DNA from: a virus
Lineage: Duplodnaviria > Caudoviricetes
Direction: 5' to 3' (one strand)
Virus record (IMG/VR): IMGVR_UViG_3300027808_000037
Location: 1-54,109 of that record
Length of the DNA stretch: 54,109 nt
Shown here in pieces: positions 34,075 through 44,395 of the stretch; positions within the stretch are counted from its first letter, which is position 1, and the number at the start of each line of letters is the position of its first letter. The notes below the pieces were generated by a model. That model saw nothing but the letters and a program-made list of their open reading frames with translations. It had not been told where the DNA came from and did not search any database. The position numbers and the translations under genes were made by a program.

Positions 34075-34368
34075 ATGAAACTTACCATACGACAGCGGCT
34101 TCGAAACTGGTTACTGGCCACGCCCGAAGACGAACCAGATCTTGTTCTGAATAAATATGCCGAAGATGATGACGAAGATTTTCGAGTCGATCACGAGAGT
34201 GCAATCCACTTTGCTGTGATTCCGGCCGCAGGCGGAAAGATTGTGCAGATTAGGTACTACGATAAAGTCAAAGATCGTAACCTTACCAAGTTGCATATCA
34301 TCACACCCGATGAGAAACTTGAAGAAGCACTTGCACACATCTTCCAAATTGAAGTCCTGAGCAGGTAA
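34075..34368 (+). CDS. Hypothetical protein
   Basis: ORF MKLTIRQRLRNWL...; start uncertain. Confidence 0.65.
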   Translation: MKLTIRQRLRNWLLATPEDEPDLVLNKYAEDDDEDFRVDHESAIHFAVIPAAGGKIVQIRYYDKVKDRNLTKLHIITPDEKLEEALAHIFQIEVLSR

Positions 34369-34387
34369 CACTCAAGTACTACTTTTT

Positions 34388-34474
34388 TGTTGCAAAAATA
34401 CAACACTTTTAAGCCAAAAAAACAGCCCAAAATGCCAGAAAACGGTTGACCATTTGGCTCTGATGCGCTATAAT
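34388..34474 (+). promoter_or_regulatory. Palindromic box plus early promoter
   Basis: TGTTGCA-AAAA-TACAACA; AAAACGG-TTGACC-N17-TATAAT. Confidence 0.8.
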
Positions 34475-34507
34475 AAACACATAGACAGCAACAAACAGGA
34501 GTTTAAA

Positions 34508-34846
34508 ATGGTAACAGACGTTAAAGAGTTAGTTGAAGCCGCAGTGAACCAGGGCAAGGTAGAAGCCGCTCGCAAGACGCAAAACTTTTTGACCCAACAC
34601 GGTGATCGTGATTGTTGCGGTTTTGCTTGGGTTACTGTATTTGAAAAAGGCTCAACCAAATTGGGCAAGGCGCTGATTGCTAACGGCTTCAGCAAAAGTT
34701 ACGATGGTGGACTTCAACTTTGGAATCCTAGCGGTAATTCAACTCAGTGCATTACAGCCAAAGAAGAAGGTGCCGAAGCGTTTGTGGTTGTGATGCGTAA
34801 CACATTCCCGGGCATGAAAGTGTATGCTGGCTCGCGCATGGACTAA
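34508..34846 (+). CDS. Early hypothetical protein (CGFAWV motif)
   Basis: AGGAG RBS. Confidence 0.75.
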   Translation: MVTDVKELVEAAVNQGKVEAARKTQNFLTQHGDRDCCGFAWVTVFEKGSTKLGKALIANGFSKSYDGGLQLWNPSGNSTQCITAKEEGAEAFVVVMRNTFPGMKVYAGSRMD

Positions 34847-34854
34847 GGGCAGAT

Positions 34855-35019
34855 ATGGCAATCCTAACACGTGAACAAAAGTCAGAAGAGATTATGCGTC
34901 TTGAGATTGAAGCCAGCAAGCTCGAACACCAAGCAGGTGGCAGCATCTACGGTAGCAATCTGTTTCCCGAGTATCTTAAAATCATCCGCAAAGTACAAAA
35001 GCTAAGGGACGCACTATGA
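34855..35019 (+). CDS. 54-aa hypothetical protein (not in the ORF track)
   Basis: AAGGG RBS; ATGA overlap with the next gene. Confidence 0.55.
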   Translation: MAILTREQKSEEIMRLEIEASKLEHQAGGSIYGSNLFPEYLKIIRKVQKLRDAL

Positions 35020-35348
35020 TTGCAGTCCGCGAAACAACAGTTTGGAAAGATGTAGCAGTGCAGGCCAACCATGTGTATCTGATGGATGGTGACAAGGCTG
35101 TAGCATACATCAAGTGGGGCGAAGGTGAAGCATTTTACTTTAAAAAGCCCATGCGCCTTGACAAGCGTGGTCGCAAGTTTGAAACATTAAAGTCTAATCC
35201 GTTCAAGGCTAAAATTGTTTCTAACATGATTCGAGTTGAAGGTAGCAAAGGTGCAGTGTACGAAGTTGATCCTGATGCACGAACTTGCACCTGCCCTGGT
35301 TTTACATTTCGTGGTAACTGCAAACACATTGAAGGAATCGCAGTATGA
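35016..35348 (+). CDS. SWIM zinc-finger protein
   Basis: CTCPGFTFRGNCKH. Confidence 0.75.
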   Translation: MIAVRETTVWKDVAVQANHVYLMDGDKAVAYIKWGEGEAFYFKKPMRLDKRGRKFETLKSNPFKAKIVSNMIRVEGSKGAVYEVDPDARTCTCPGFTFRGNCKHIEGIAV

Positions 35349-35662
35349 AAGTTTTTTATTTCGTTGCATGGCTTGTTCGTAAGCTGGCCAAATCAATCTC
35401 CGCTTCGCAGGACAACTTTAAAGAGCGATTGAGATACCGGCCAGGCGAAGGCGTGTTTATGTTTATCAGCATTTCAGTATTGACGTTCATTGCAATGTTA
35501 CTGCCTGTTATAGCATACGCCGACACGTGGCCACAAGTTGCTAGCTTTTTTGCAGGCTATTGGACCGCATCTGGTTGTTATTTTGTTTATAGTATCTTTA
35601 GTGTACTGTACGATAAGTTTTCACAAGAACAAGAAGAATTTGTCAACAAGCTCAAGCGTTGA
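35345..35662 (+). CDS. Membrane protein
   Basis: Two hydrophobic segments. Confidence 0.65.
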   Translation: MKVFYFVAWLVRKLAKSISASQDNFKERLRYRPGEGVFMFISISVLTFIAMLLPVIAYADTWPQVASFFAGYWTASGCYFVYSIFSVLYDKFSQEQEEFVNKLKR

Positions 35663-35669
35663 AGTTACC

Positions 35670-35957
35670 ATGATTGCACTATATCACTTTAAAGACGGCA
35701 CATCAGATAAGATCTGGGGTTGGACCAAAACAGATGACGGAGCACTTAGCTTCTGGGGCAGAGCCAAAGGTTCATTAAGCTTCAAGCATTATGACCGAGT
35801 TTGGGATGCCGAAGACCAAGCACACAAGAAAGAGCGTAAGGGCTATGAATACGTGAGCCATTACAATCAAGAAATTGGTCCACGTGGACAAGCCCTATTG
35901 CCCGACGACTTTAAGGGTCAATTGATGCTGGCCAAATTAGGACAAATAAAATTTTAA
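35670..35957 (+). CDS. WGR-like domain protein
   Basis: SDKIW ... FWGR ... KERKGY. Confidence 0.55.
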   Translation: MIALYHFKDGTSDKIWGWTKTDDGALSFWGRAKGSLSFKHYDRVWDAEDQAHKKERKGYEYVSHYNQEIGPRGQALLPDDFKGQLMLAKLGQIKF

Positions 35958-35975
35958 ATTTTTGCCAAAAAACGG

Positions 35976-36004
35976 TTGACAACGTGACCGTTTTGTGGTA
36001 TAAT
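35976..36004 (+). promoter_or_regulatory. Early promoter
   Basis: AAAACGG-TTGACA-N17-TATAAT. Confidence 0.8.
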
Positions 36005-36081
36005 AAGAACATGGACAAGAAGTTCATGCCCGACAGCAAGCGGTTTACTTGCTAAATTTGACACACACAGGAGTATTTTAA

Positions 36082-36372
36082 ATGACTGACAAACTTTTTA
36101 CAGTGACTGGCTATTCTACTAAAGATGGCAAAACTAAGCCCCGTTTCGCAACGGACATGACACGTATCAAGACGCTTATCAAAACTGGTAGCACTGATAT
36201 TCAACTTTACGAGCTGGCCAAGCCTGCTACCAAGGTTGAGGCACTGGAGTTCTTGCACGCCAAGCACATCCCGGGTGTTGCTGGCATTGCTATTGCAGAA
36301 GAACTTGCAAAGCGTACCAAGCGCAAGGTGGCCGATCTTATCAAGAATGGTCCTGCAACTAAAGCAGCCTGA
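36082..36372 (+). CDS. Basic hypothetical protein
   Basis: AGGAG RBS; structured leader. Confidence 0.75.
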   Translation: MTDKLFTVTGYSTKDGKTKPRFATDMTRIKTLIKTGSTDIQLYELAKPATKVEALEFLHAKHIPGVAGIAIAEELAKRTKRKVADLIKNGPATKAA

Positions 36373-36431
36373 GCATGACGCCTGTCGAGGGGCAGGCCTA
36401 AAAACCCCTTAACTAATTTTAAAGGACGCAC

Positions 36432-37754
36432 ATGACAGCACAGACCACTTTCGTTATTCATGCACTTGAAACACATCCCAGTCGCTTGAATAAAGAAGCC
36501 ATTGTACTGGCTGAAGCTGAAGCAGGGAACGATGTGTTCTTTGAAGGTGTGCGTCTTGCCCTTGACCCTATGGTTACATTTGGTGTCAAGAAGATTCCCA
36601 AGCACAGTGGTCCCGATGGTCAAGGTCTTCCTTGGGCTGCCTTTCGAGCACTGGCAGACAATTTGGCACAACGCAAGCTGACTGGTGATGCGGCACGTGA
36701 CGCTATTGAACTTTGCCTTAAGACTGCAAAGCAAAGCGAGTGGAACGACTGGTACATGCGTATCCTGCAAAAGGATCTACGTGCTGGCTTTGGTGAGAAT
36801 ACAATTAACAAGGTTGTTTCAAAGAAATATGCAAAATATAGTATTCCTATCTTTAGCTGTCAACTTGCTCACGATAGTGCTAATCACGAAGCTAAAGTTA
36901 TCGGCCCTAAGATCATTGAAGTCAAACTTGATGGGGTTCGTGTCATCACTATTGTTTATCCAGATGGCCGTGTTGATCAGTATAGCCGTAATGGCAAAGA
37001 GCTTGTAAACTTTCCACACGTTAAAGAGCAGTTTGCACGAACTGTTACAGGAGTTACCGAGCCCGTGGTTTTCGACGGTGAGATCATGAGTGGCTCATTC
37101 CAAGACTTGATGAAGCAGATCCATCGTAAAAGCGATGCACAAGCACAAGACGCAGTTCTTAATGTGTTTGACATTCTGAGTCTCAAAGACTTTGAATCTG
37201 GCAAGAGCAAGCGGACTCAAACAGAACGCAGTGCTAAATTGGTTGCTTGGAAAGACTTGTGGACAGAAGAAACACCCAACATCACTGTAGTGGGTCAAGA
37301 ACTTGTTGACTTGGATACTGTGGCTGGACAAGCTCGCTACAAAGAAATCAATGCATTGGCAATTGATGGCGGATATGAAGGCATTATGCTCAAAGATCCT
37401 AACGCAGGTTACGAGTGCAAACGCACAGTGGCCTGGATGAAACTCAAGCCTTTTATTGAAGTTACCTTAAAAGCAGTTGCAGTCGAAGAAGGCACAGGCA
37501 AGAATGCAGGCCGGATGGGTGCAGTGTTGTTTGAAGGTACAGACGATGGCAAATTTATCCGTGTAAGCGTTGGTGGTGGTTGGAGCGACAAGGATCGTGA
37601 CGACATTTGGGCCAACAAAGACAAGGTGCTGGGCGAGCTTGGTGAAATTCGTGCAGATGCACTTACTAAGAATCAGGACAGCGATGATGTTTGGAGCATG
37701 CGTTTCCCTCGCTTTAAGACCTGGCGCGGCTTTGCTGCCGGCGAAAAGCTGTGA
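36432..37754 (+). CDS. lig: ATP-dependent DNA ligase
   Basis: KLDGVR, FDGEI, EGIMLK and WMKLKP motifs, plus an OB domain. Confidence 0.95.
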   Translation: MTAQTTFVIHALETHPSRLNKEAIVLAEAEAGNDVFFEGVRLALDPMVTFGVKKIPKHSGPDGQGLPWAAFRALADNLAQRKLTGDAARDAIELCLKTAKQSEWNDWYMRILQKDLRAGFGENTINKVVSKKYAKYSIPIFSCQLAHDSANHEAKVIGPKIIEVKLDGVRVITIVYPDGRVDQYSRNGKELVNFPHVKEQFARTVTGVTEPVVFDGEIMSGSFQDLMKQIHRKSDAQAQDAVLNVFDILSLKDFESGKSKRTQTERSAKLVAWKDLWTEETPNITVVGQELVDLDTVAGQARYKEINALAIDGGYEGIMLKDPNAGYECKRTVAWMKLKPFIEVTLKAVAVEEGTGKNAGRMGAVLFEGTDDGKFIRVSVGGGWSDKDRDDIWANKDKVLGELGEIRADALTKNQDSDDVWSMRFPRFKTWRGFAAGEKL

Positions 37755-38866
37755 AAACAATGTTAGCAATCATTGGTGCTTTTACTATATTCCTTGGCCT
37801 ATTAGGAGCATTTGGGATTGGTAATTTTGTAATGATGTACAGCCCCGATAAGATCTCTTGCACAAAAGGTTCAGCATGAACGATACTATTGTTAAAGTTG
37901 CAGTACTGTTATATGACTTTGCCTTGTTGGCAGGCACAGCATATCTGGTAGCAGTTCACAATTGGTCTATGTGGACTTTTTTGTTGGCTGCTATCTTTTT
38001 TATTACTACTAAAAAATCAAATGACTAAATTTGAATACTCTGCAAGTGGATTGTGGTACACACAAAGCCACAAAGGTGAACAGGTAAATCACTTGTTCAG
38101 GCTTGGTACTACAACTCGCGACGGTGTAAAGATTTATGAAATCATCATTGGCAGATTTAGATTAGCTTGGACTTGATATGACTAACCAACATTACAAACG
38201 ATTAGAAGATGGTGCCATGGACGAGATTGATGCCGCTATTTGGTCAGGTGACTTGTTTCACAATCGTGAGAACATTGCAGCCTTTCGTGAGATGATGGCT
38301 CGGTGGGAACGTGGGTTGCAATCGTGCGAAGATATTTTAAATGAGGTACCAGAAAATGATTTTATTTGATAAAGAATACACAGGCGAAAGCATTGTGGAC
38401 ATGGATCGTGATGTCAATGAGTTCTTCTCGGACTCATTAATCGACGACTTTGAGATTCCACAAGACGACAACGGTATTATGCAAGGTAGCTTTCGTGTAA
38501 CTGTGGATTGGGTGCCAGCATGAACGAGCTATTGTTGATTTTTATTTACTTTGTGGGCATTGCACAAGGTCTTGTTTTTGGCTTTATTCAGTGGGCACCC
38601 GACAGCGCCTTCAAGCAGGGTTTCGTTGATGGGATTACCTTTAAATTTCTATGGCGCCGCAAATGATTAACGAGCCCATTGGCTATACGGAACAAGCCGG
38701 AGTATATACTCCACTGTATGCTGCACCACCGGGTAGTATTGTAACGCAAGCATTTATTTTATGTAAAGAATGCGGCGGCGCTATTAGTCCTTGTATGGGG
38801 CCGCAGTACGATACAGTGTGTTTGACATGTTATGCAAAGGCTCAAGATGATTCTAATATGCGATGA
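37751..38866 (+). other. Run of very small coupled hypothetical ORFs (including 38178-38369, 38356-38523, 38651-38866)
   Basis: Tightly packed ORFs with overlapping stop/start codons; several hydrophobic. Confidence 0.55.
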
Positions 38867-38986
38867 CTACAATGAGATTTATGTTTGGGTTGATGATAAC
38901 GATCACAATCACGAACTAAGCCCGCATTTTGATTATGAAGAAGATGCTCATGTATGGAAAGAGCGCATGAAAAAAGAAATGCTAAA

Positions 38987-39190
38987 ATGACAAAGGCACT
39001 GCACCCCGGGCACCCGCACTTTACAATTGTTGACAGATTTACAGTCACATCACGTGCTGCATTTGAAATTAGCAATTGCTGCCCAGCCGAATACAAAAGC
39101 ATTTTTATTACTGCAATCAACGCAGGCTGGATCAAGCCAGTCGCCTATGTGACCGATGAAGAATACATGGTAATGCAATTATCCAAATAA
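38987..39190 (+). CDS. Hypothetical protein
   Basis: ORF in a co-directional run. Confidence 0.55.
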   Translation: MTKALHPGHPHFTIVDRFTVTSRAAFEISNCCPAEYKSIFITAINAGWIKPVAYVTDEEYMVMQLSK

Positions 39191-39204
39191 CACCAGGAGA
39201 TATT

Positions 39205-39450
39205 ATGACAAAGATTGTAAGTATTGCACCAAACGACCGCGAGCGAGAACGTGTCAAAGCAGACTTATTAGAAGTTCTTGACAATATGCGAGAACAAATT
39301 GAAAGCGGGGACATTGTAGAATTTGTAGCAACCAGCATCTGTACCGATGGAGTGCCTCAGATTCACAGTTATGTTAGTGATCTACCCGCAGGAGTTGGGC
39401 TTTATGAACTTGGCAAGCACATGTTTATTCAGCAAGAGGCTTACGAATGA
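39205..39450 (+). CDS. Hypothetical protein
   Basis: AGGAG RBS. Confidence 0.7.
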   Translation: MTKIVSIAPNDRERERVKADLLEVLDNMREQIESGDIVEFVATSICTDGVPQIHSYVSDLPAGVGLYELGKHMFIQQEAYE

Positions 39451-39725
39451 TTGAGTTCAGCTTTGACTTTTCGCTGCTGACCCGTGAGTTTAAAAACTAC
39501 TGGAGCCGAGCCTGGGCCACTCCATTCCGGCACAAGTTTGTTGAGTTAGAAGTACACACAACCGAGTCCGTAATTGGCTTCAACTTTCTTTGGACTACTC
39601 GTCGCGATCACGCCGGATTAGATATCCAATTGTCCTTGCTTGGACTATGTGTTCACTTTAACTTTTACGACAATCGTCATTGGAACTACCGTGATGGTCG
39701 CCCTTTTAAAGACGGAGAAGTTTAA
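39447..39725 (+). CDS. Hypothetical protein
   Basis: ATGA coupling. Confidence 0.65.
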   Translation: MIEFSFDFSLLTREFKNYWSRAWATPFRHKFVELEVHTTESVIGFNFLWTTRRDHAGLDIQLSLLGLCVHFNFYDNRHWNYRDGRPFKDGEV

Positions 39726-40582
39726 TCTCCAAGTGCCCAACTCTCTATAACAATCTCTCCCATGTTACTGTCAATTGCCCATTGATATAGATTGCCAATG
39801 TCAGACTCATGTGGTAATGCAAGTACACATTCTTTTGTAATATGAATTGGGTCGTATGGATCATAACCAAATTGTTTCACATTGTGTTTCTCGCACCAGA
39901 GATAGTGATTTGATATCATTCGGTCCGCTGATTGATCAACTTCCGACAATGATAATTTCACTTCGCATGATAGCGTTATTTTTGGTCGCACCATTTTATT
40001 TTGAACCAATTGTAAATCATTGTCGCCGCTACAGTTGAGAAGTGATTTTCCAATGGTAGAATAACTAATTGTCAATGAACCTGCTGGAATAATGTTTGAA
40101 TCAAATTCTAAGTAGTCATTGGGTACCAATAGTTGCTTGTTAAATGAGTTTAGAGTAAAAATAGCGTAATTGTCACGATTTGGCCATCTCAAATTTCTTT
40201 CAGTGGTTTCTGCATTATGCACTAATCTATTAAGCTGGTCCAGATCATCAATGGATCTTATTAAATTTTCTGCTACTTCGTGAAATTTTAGATGCAGGAT
40301 ATTTAAATTTTCTCGCGTCAAATTGTAACATAGTTCTAACGGGATATCGAACCCATGAAGCTGATTCAACTTCTCGGATATTTTAATGATACTGTTTTTT
40401 ATAGTTTCATAATGAGCAGGCGTATGCCCCACCGCCCAGAAATCCCACGGGTGATCGTATCTATCTTTTGTGCCGCGGAGCAACTGTAACCATTTTTGTG
40501 TAATAGGTTTGTCGTTCACTAACCAACGAAACTCTTTGCGCTCGTTTTTATTATTTCTAAATGTTATTGTCAGTATTGTCAT
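39722..40582 (-). CDS. Hypothetical protein, radical-SAM-associated repeated family
   Basis: LNILHLKF ... LNRLVHNAE ... YSTIGK. Confidence 0.7.
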   Translation of the reverse strand: MTILTITFRNNKNERKEFRWLVNDKPITQKWLQLLRGTKDRYDHPWDFWAVGHTPAHYETIKNSIIKISEKLNQLHGFDIPLELCYNLTRENLNILHLKFHEVAENLIRSIDDLDQLNRLVHNAETTERNLRWPNRDNYAIFTLNSFNKQLLVPNDYLEFDSNIIPAGSLTISYSTIGKSLLNCSGDNDLQLVQNKMVRPKITLSCEVKLSLSEVDQSADRMISNHYLWCEKHNVKQFGYDPYDPIHITKECVLALPHESDIGNLYQWAIDSNMGEIVIESWALGD

Positions 40583-40641
40583 GTCGTATTTAACTTTAAT
40601 TTTTGGTAGTGTTGCTATTTTCAGCTTTGCTAAGTAGCAGT

Positions 40642-42042
40642 ATGGACTATAACAACTTACCTAAATCATTTTGTATCCTCCCGTGGATACATTCTGCAAT
40701 TAATCCTGACGGCACTGTCAGACAGTGCTGTGTTTCACAACCATGGAGTGCAACAGTTGGAAGTCTGAGCAATAACACATTGGAAGAAATTTTCAATGAT
40801 GCACCATTAAGAGAACTTAGAAAGCAACTACTCACAGGCGAACGTTTACCTGAATCTTGTTTAAGTTGCAGGTTGCGTGAAGACGCAGATACAAAAGTCT
40901 TCTCTTACAGACAAGGAACAAACGCAAAATATCGTGATGTAATTGAGACTCTTCAACCAGACCCTGACGGGTATGCTGAATTCCAACAGTTATACATTGA
41001 TTATAGATTTTCTAATAAGTGCAATTTTAAGTGTGTCAGCTGTGGACCTTCACTGAGTAGCTCTATCGGGCAGGAAAGAATCAAAGTAGAACAGCTTAAA
41101 AACCCACACGTTGATCCAGCTCGCATCAAGCAATCAATGCCGCCAGCATTCATTGAAGTTGACACACAAAAGTTTTATAAAGAATTTTTAAAGTTTAGCA
41201 CTACAATTAGAGAAATTTATTTTGCTGGTGGCGAACCATTGATTAACGACCACCACTACGAGTTACTTGAGCATTTCATTGAGACACAGCAACCTGTTAG
41301 TATTTTCTATAACACTAACTTCTCTGAATTAAATTACAAAGGTAAAAATGTAATTGAAATGTGGCGTAAGATCAATGGGCCAGTCAATATCTATGCCAGC
41401 ATTGACGGGTACGGTGAAACTGGGGAAACAATCAGAGATGGCTTTAGTACAGCAGTGTTTGAGGAAAATGTTAAAAAATATATCTCAGCAAAACTTACCA
41501 AGGTGCTTCCGGCAGTTACTGTCAACAAACAACACCAAATTGGATTCTGTATAACATTTGGTTTAACAAATTACGATAAAGTTATTGACACTGCAAGATG
41601 GTTATTGACAATGGTACATGCTTCAATGGACGCCAATGGAATAATGCCAACCAAACCGTCAGCTGAATTGGATAACCTTTATTATCCAGCAATTAACTTT
41701 AATCCCATCATCGAACCAGCCCCAATGAGTGTTACATTCCTCAATGAGGAACAACGTGCGCAAGTGGTAAACAAGATAGAACAACAGCTACTAGAGCTCC
41801 GCAATGATAGTCAATTTGGTGCCGTGTTTGGGCATGATAGGCTACTACAGGAGATACATGACAATTTCTTAGGGTATATTAAACGAGTTGAACTTCGCCC
41901 AACTATTAACTATCAAATATTGTCTAGTACGATTGAAATATTAGATAGCGCAGAAGAATTACGTGAATCAAATTGGCGTAAAACCCTAGCACCAATGTAC
42001 AAAATTTGGTCAGACGCATTAAACAACGAAGGTAAACAATGA
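40642..42042 (+). CDS. Radical SAM protein with an N-terminal SPASM/twitch-like domain
   Basis: FCILPW...QCC...CLSC, CNFKCVSC, AGGEP. Confidence 0.9.
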   Translation: MDYNNLPKSFCILPWIHSAINPDGTVRQCCVSQPWSATVGSLSNNTLEEIFNDAPLRELRKQLLTGERLPESCLSCRLREDADTKVFSYRQGTNAKYRDVIETLQPDPDGYAEFQQLYIDYRFSNKCNFKCVSCGPSLSSSIGQERIKVEQLKNPHVDPARIKQSMPPAFIEVDTQKFYKEFLKFSTTIREIYFAGGEPLINDHHYELLEHFIETQQPVSIFYNTNFSELNYKGKNVIEMWRKINGPVNIYASIDGYGETGETIRDGFSTAVFEENVKKYISAKLTKVLPAVTVNKQHQIGFCITFGLTNYDKVIDTARWLLTMVHASMDANGIMPTKPSAELDNLYYPAINFNPIIEPAPMSVTFLNEEQRAQVVNKIEQQLLELRNDSQFGAVFGHDRLLQEIHDNFLGYIKRVELRPTINYQILSSTIEILDSAEELRESNWRKTLAPMYKIWSDALNNEGKQ

Positions 42043-43619
42043 GCACACCGCAAATGAAAAAAATGGATCAATTTACAAAAAACATTGTTGAAACAGAACA
42101 AAAGATAAACGACATCAGCCCCTCGATGTGCATGGCCAAATGGTATCAAGTCACGATCCATTTACAAAACGGTCATACACACAGTTGCCATCACCCGGGT
42201 ACGCACCAAGTTCCGTTAGAAGAACTTGCAGTGAATCCCAGTGCGCTACACAATACACTGCACAAGAAGAAGTTGCGTGAAGAAATGGTAACAGGCGTGC
42301 GTCCTAAAGAGTGCGACTACTGTTGGAAAATTGAAGACGTGGGTGAGCGTTCAGATCGTACTTACAAGAGTGCTGATTCATGGGCCCGGTCTTATATTCC
42401 CATTGTAGAAGAAGCAAAGAAGCAGGGCACGTTAATGGACTTTGCTAATGCAGATGTGAACCCAACGTATGTTGAGGTAGTATTTGATCACACTTGTAAC
42501 TTTAAATGTGCATATTGTGCTCCAAACATTAGTAGTTCTTGGATGGAAGAAATTGAACAGCACGGCCCATACTTGACTGCTCCGTACTTCAACGACCTAC
42601 GTTGGATTGAAAAGCAAGGACAAATGCCTATTCCCAAGCGTGAAGAGAATCCTTATGTGGAAGCATTTTGGAAGTGGTGGCCAAGTTTAGTTCCGGGTCT
42701 ACACACATTCCGCATCACTGGTGGCGAACCAATCCTGAGCAAGAACACGTTCCGTGTTATGGATGACATCATTGAAAACAATCCTAACCCTAACCTGCAT
42801 CTTGCCATCAACTCAAACATGTGTGTGCCGGACAAGTTGTTTGATGATTTTGTTGTTAAACTTAATAAGGTGCGCAACAACGTACAAAAGGTTACAATTT
42901 ATACTTCCATTGACACTTTCATCCCTAAGCACAATGAATACATCCGCTTTGGTATGGAGCACGACAAGTTCTGCGCCAGCGTAGAAAAGCTATTAGACAC
43001 AGTTGAGCAGGAAATCACACTCAGCTTTATGATTACCATCAGTGCATTAAGTGTATATGGTACACGTGAACTGGTTGAGTGGATCTACAAAATGAAGGAA
43101 AAGTACAAGGGCAAGCACCGCCTAATGCCCGACTTCCCGTATCTGCGCCATCCTGAGTTCTTGTGTGTTGACGTTAATCCAGAGGACGCAGTTGTTGAAT
43201 TAGAACGTGCGCTGGAGTTTGTTAAAGAGAAATCTGTCACTGAGATAAGCAAGAACTGGGAACAAGAAGAAAAAGACAAGTATGCATTTAATTGGAAGAA
43301 CTATGCGTTTTTCGATGACTTTGCAGTACAGCGTTTGGGTCGGGTAATTGAGTTTGCTCGCAGTAAGATTGAAAATCCAAATCCCAAGTTGAACACGCAT
43401 ATGGAAGACTTTGCACTGTATGTTGACGAGTATGATTATCGTCGTGGTACTAACTTCTTAGAGCTGTTCCCGCAAATGGCCAAGTTTTACAATCGTTCCA
43501 AGACAATGTTGATTGCGTCTGGCCGCCAGCGTAATGCACGGGAAAAGTCAACAGTTGTTGTCATTCCAGTAAGCAGCATCAAGCGTCTTAACAAAGCTAA
43601 ATCTCTATTTGATCAATGA
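42039..43619 (+). CDS. Radical SAM protein with an N-terminal twitch-like domain
   Basis: CMAKW...SCHH...CDYC, CNFKCAYC, TGGEP. Confidence 0.9.
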   Translation: MSTPQMKKMDQFTKNIVETEQKINDISPSMCMAKWYQVTIHLQNGHTHSCHHPGTHQVPLEELAVNPSALHNTLHKKKLREEMVTGVRPKECDYCWKIEDVGERSDRTYKSADSWARSYIPIVEEAKKQGTLMDFANADVNPTYVEVVFDHTCNFKCAYCAPNISSSWMEEIEQHGPYLTAPYFNDLRWIEKQGQMPIPKREENPYVEAFWKWWPSLVPGLHTFRITGGEPILSKNTFRVMDDIIENNPNPNLHLAINSNMCVPDKLFDDFVVKLNKVRNNVQKVTIYTSIDTFIPKHNEYIRFGMEHDKFCASVEKLLDTVEQEITLSFMITISALSVYGTRELVEWIYKMKEKYKGKHRLMPDFPYLRHPEFLCVDVNPEDAVVELERALEFVKEKSVTEISKNWEQEEKDKYAFNWKNYAFFDDFAVQRLGRVIEFARSKIENPNPKLNTHMEDFALYVDEYDYRRGTNFLELFPQMAKFYNRSKTMLIASGRQRNAREKSTVVVIPVSSIKRLNKAKSLFDQ

Positions 43620-44395
43620 CAATATTTGTAGCGCATTTTGAAAACTCTGATGGGACCGAAGCCGCAAGCCATAAGTTCCGCTTAGAAGATAATGAATTAG
43701 CACGATCTTGGCTCAAAGCAGTATCAGCAGGAGTAATACACATTGCTTCTGCTGGCGCTCCAACTGACGTAAGAAAGTTGCGCCAATGGCAAGTGATTCG
43801 ATATCACATCAATCAAGCCAACTCTGACCACTTGTTAGACGAATGGATTCATTTCCCATTGGAAATACCAGACAGCCCACAAACATTATTGAATCGCATA
43901 CGATTGCGGGCGCATGCTTTTGAATTGTACGCAAATTCCAATGACCAACAAAGTCAGACTCGAACCAGCTTGCTACGAGTAATACAAGCAATTGATGCAT
44001 TTGAAGCCACAGTTGACCCAGCAGGCTATCAAGCGTATCTGCGTTTTCAACATCATACAGTAGAGTTTACACAAGCAGAAAAAACTAATACTGTGACACC
44101 GGGCACTATAGTATTGGTACAGCCGCCACCTCAGCGTACAGCATATCAAATGTATCGTGCAAATGATACCACGCTATTAGACAAACGTCTGATGCGTCCA
44201 TGGATCAGCACAATGACCAATTATTCAATGATTGTATTAAATGAACACGTTGAATTAATTGACACAGAAACAATGCCCCTATGCACAGATAACTATAGTA
44301 TGAACAATACGATTCCTGTAGCAACAATTGTTGATACGACTAGCATGGAATCTATCTCATTGACTAAGGTGCTGAGAATAGAAAATGAAGACTAA
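43616..44395 (+). CDS. Hypothetical protein, degenerate member of the repeated family
   Basis: Similar layout (ARSWL, LLNRI, PGTIVL) but the conserved His residues are not retained. Confidence 0.6.
   Translation: MTIFVAHFENSDGTEAASHKFRLEDNELARSWLKAVSAGVIHIASAGAPTDVRKLRQWQVIRYHINQANSDHLLDEWIHFPLEIPDSPQTLLNRIRLRAHAFELYANSNDQQSQTRTSLLRVIQAIDAFEATVDPAGYQAYLRFQHHTVEFTQAEKTNTVTPGTIVLVQPPPQRTAYQMYRANDTTLLDKRLMRPWISTMTNYSMIVLNEHVELIDTETMPLCTDNYSMNNTIPVATIVDTTSMESISLTKVLRIENED

Noticed and set aside
30933-36004. CRISPR array from the recurring palindromic repeats
   Set aside because: Repeats are irregularly spaced, separated by genes and tied to promoters
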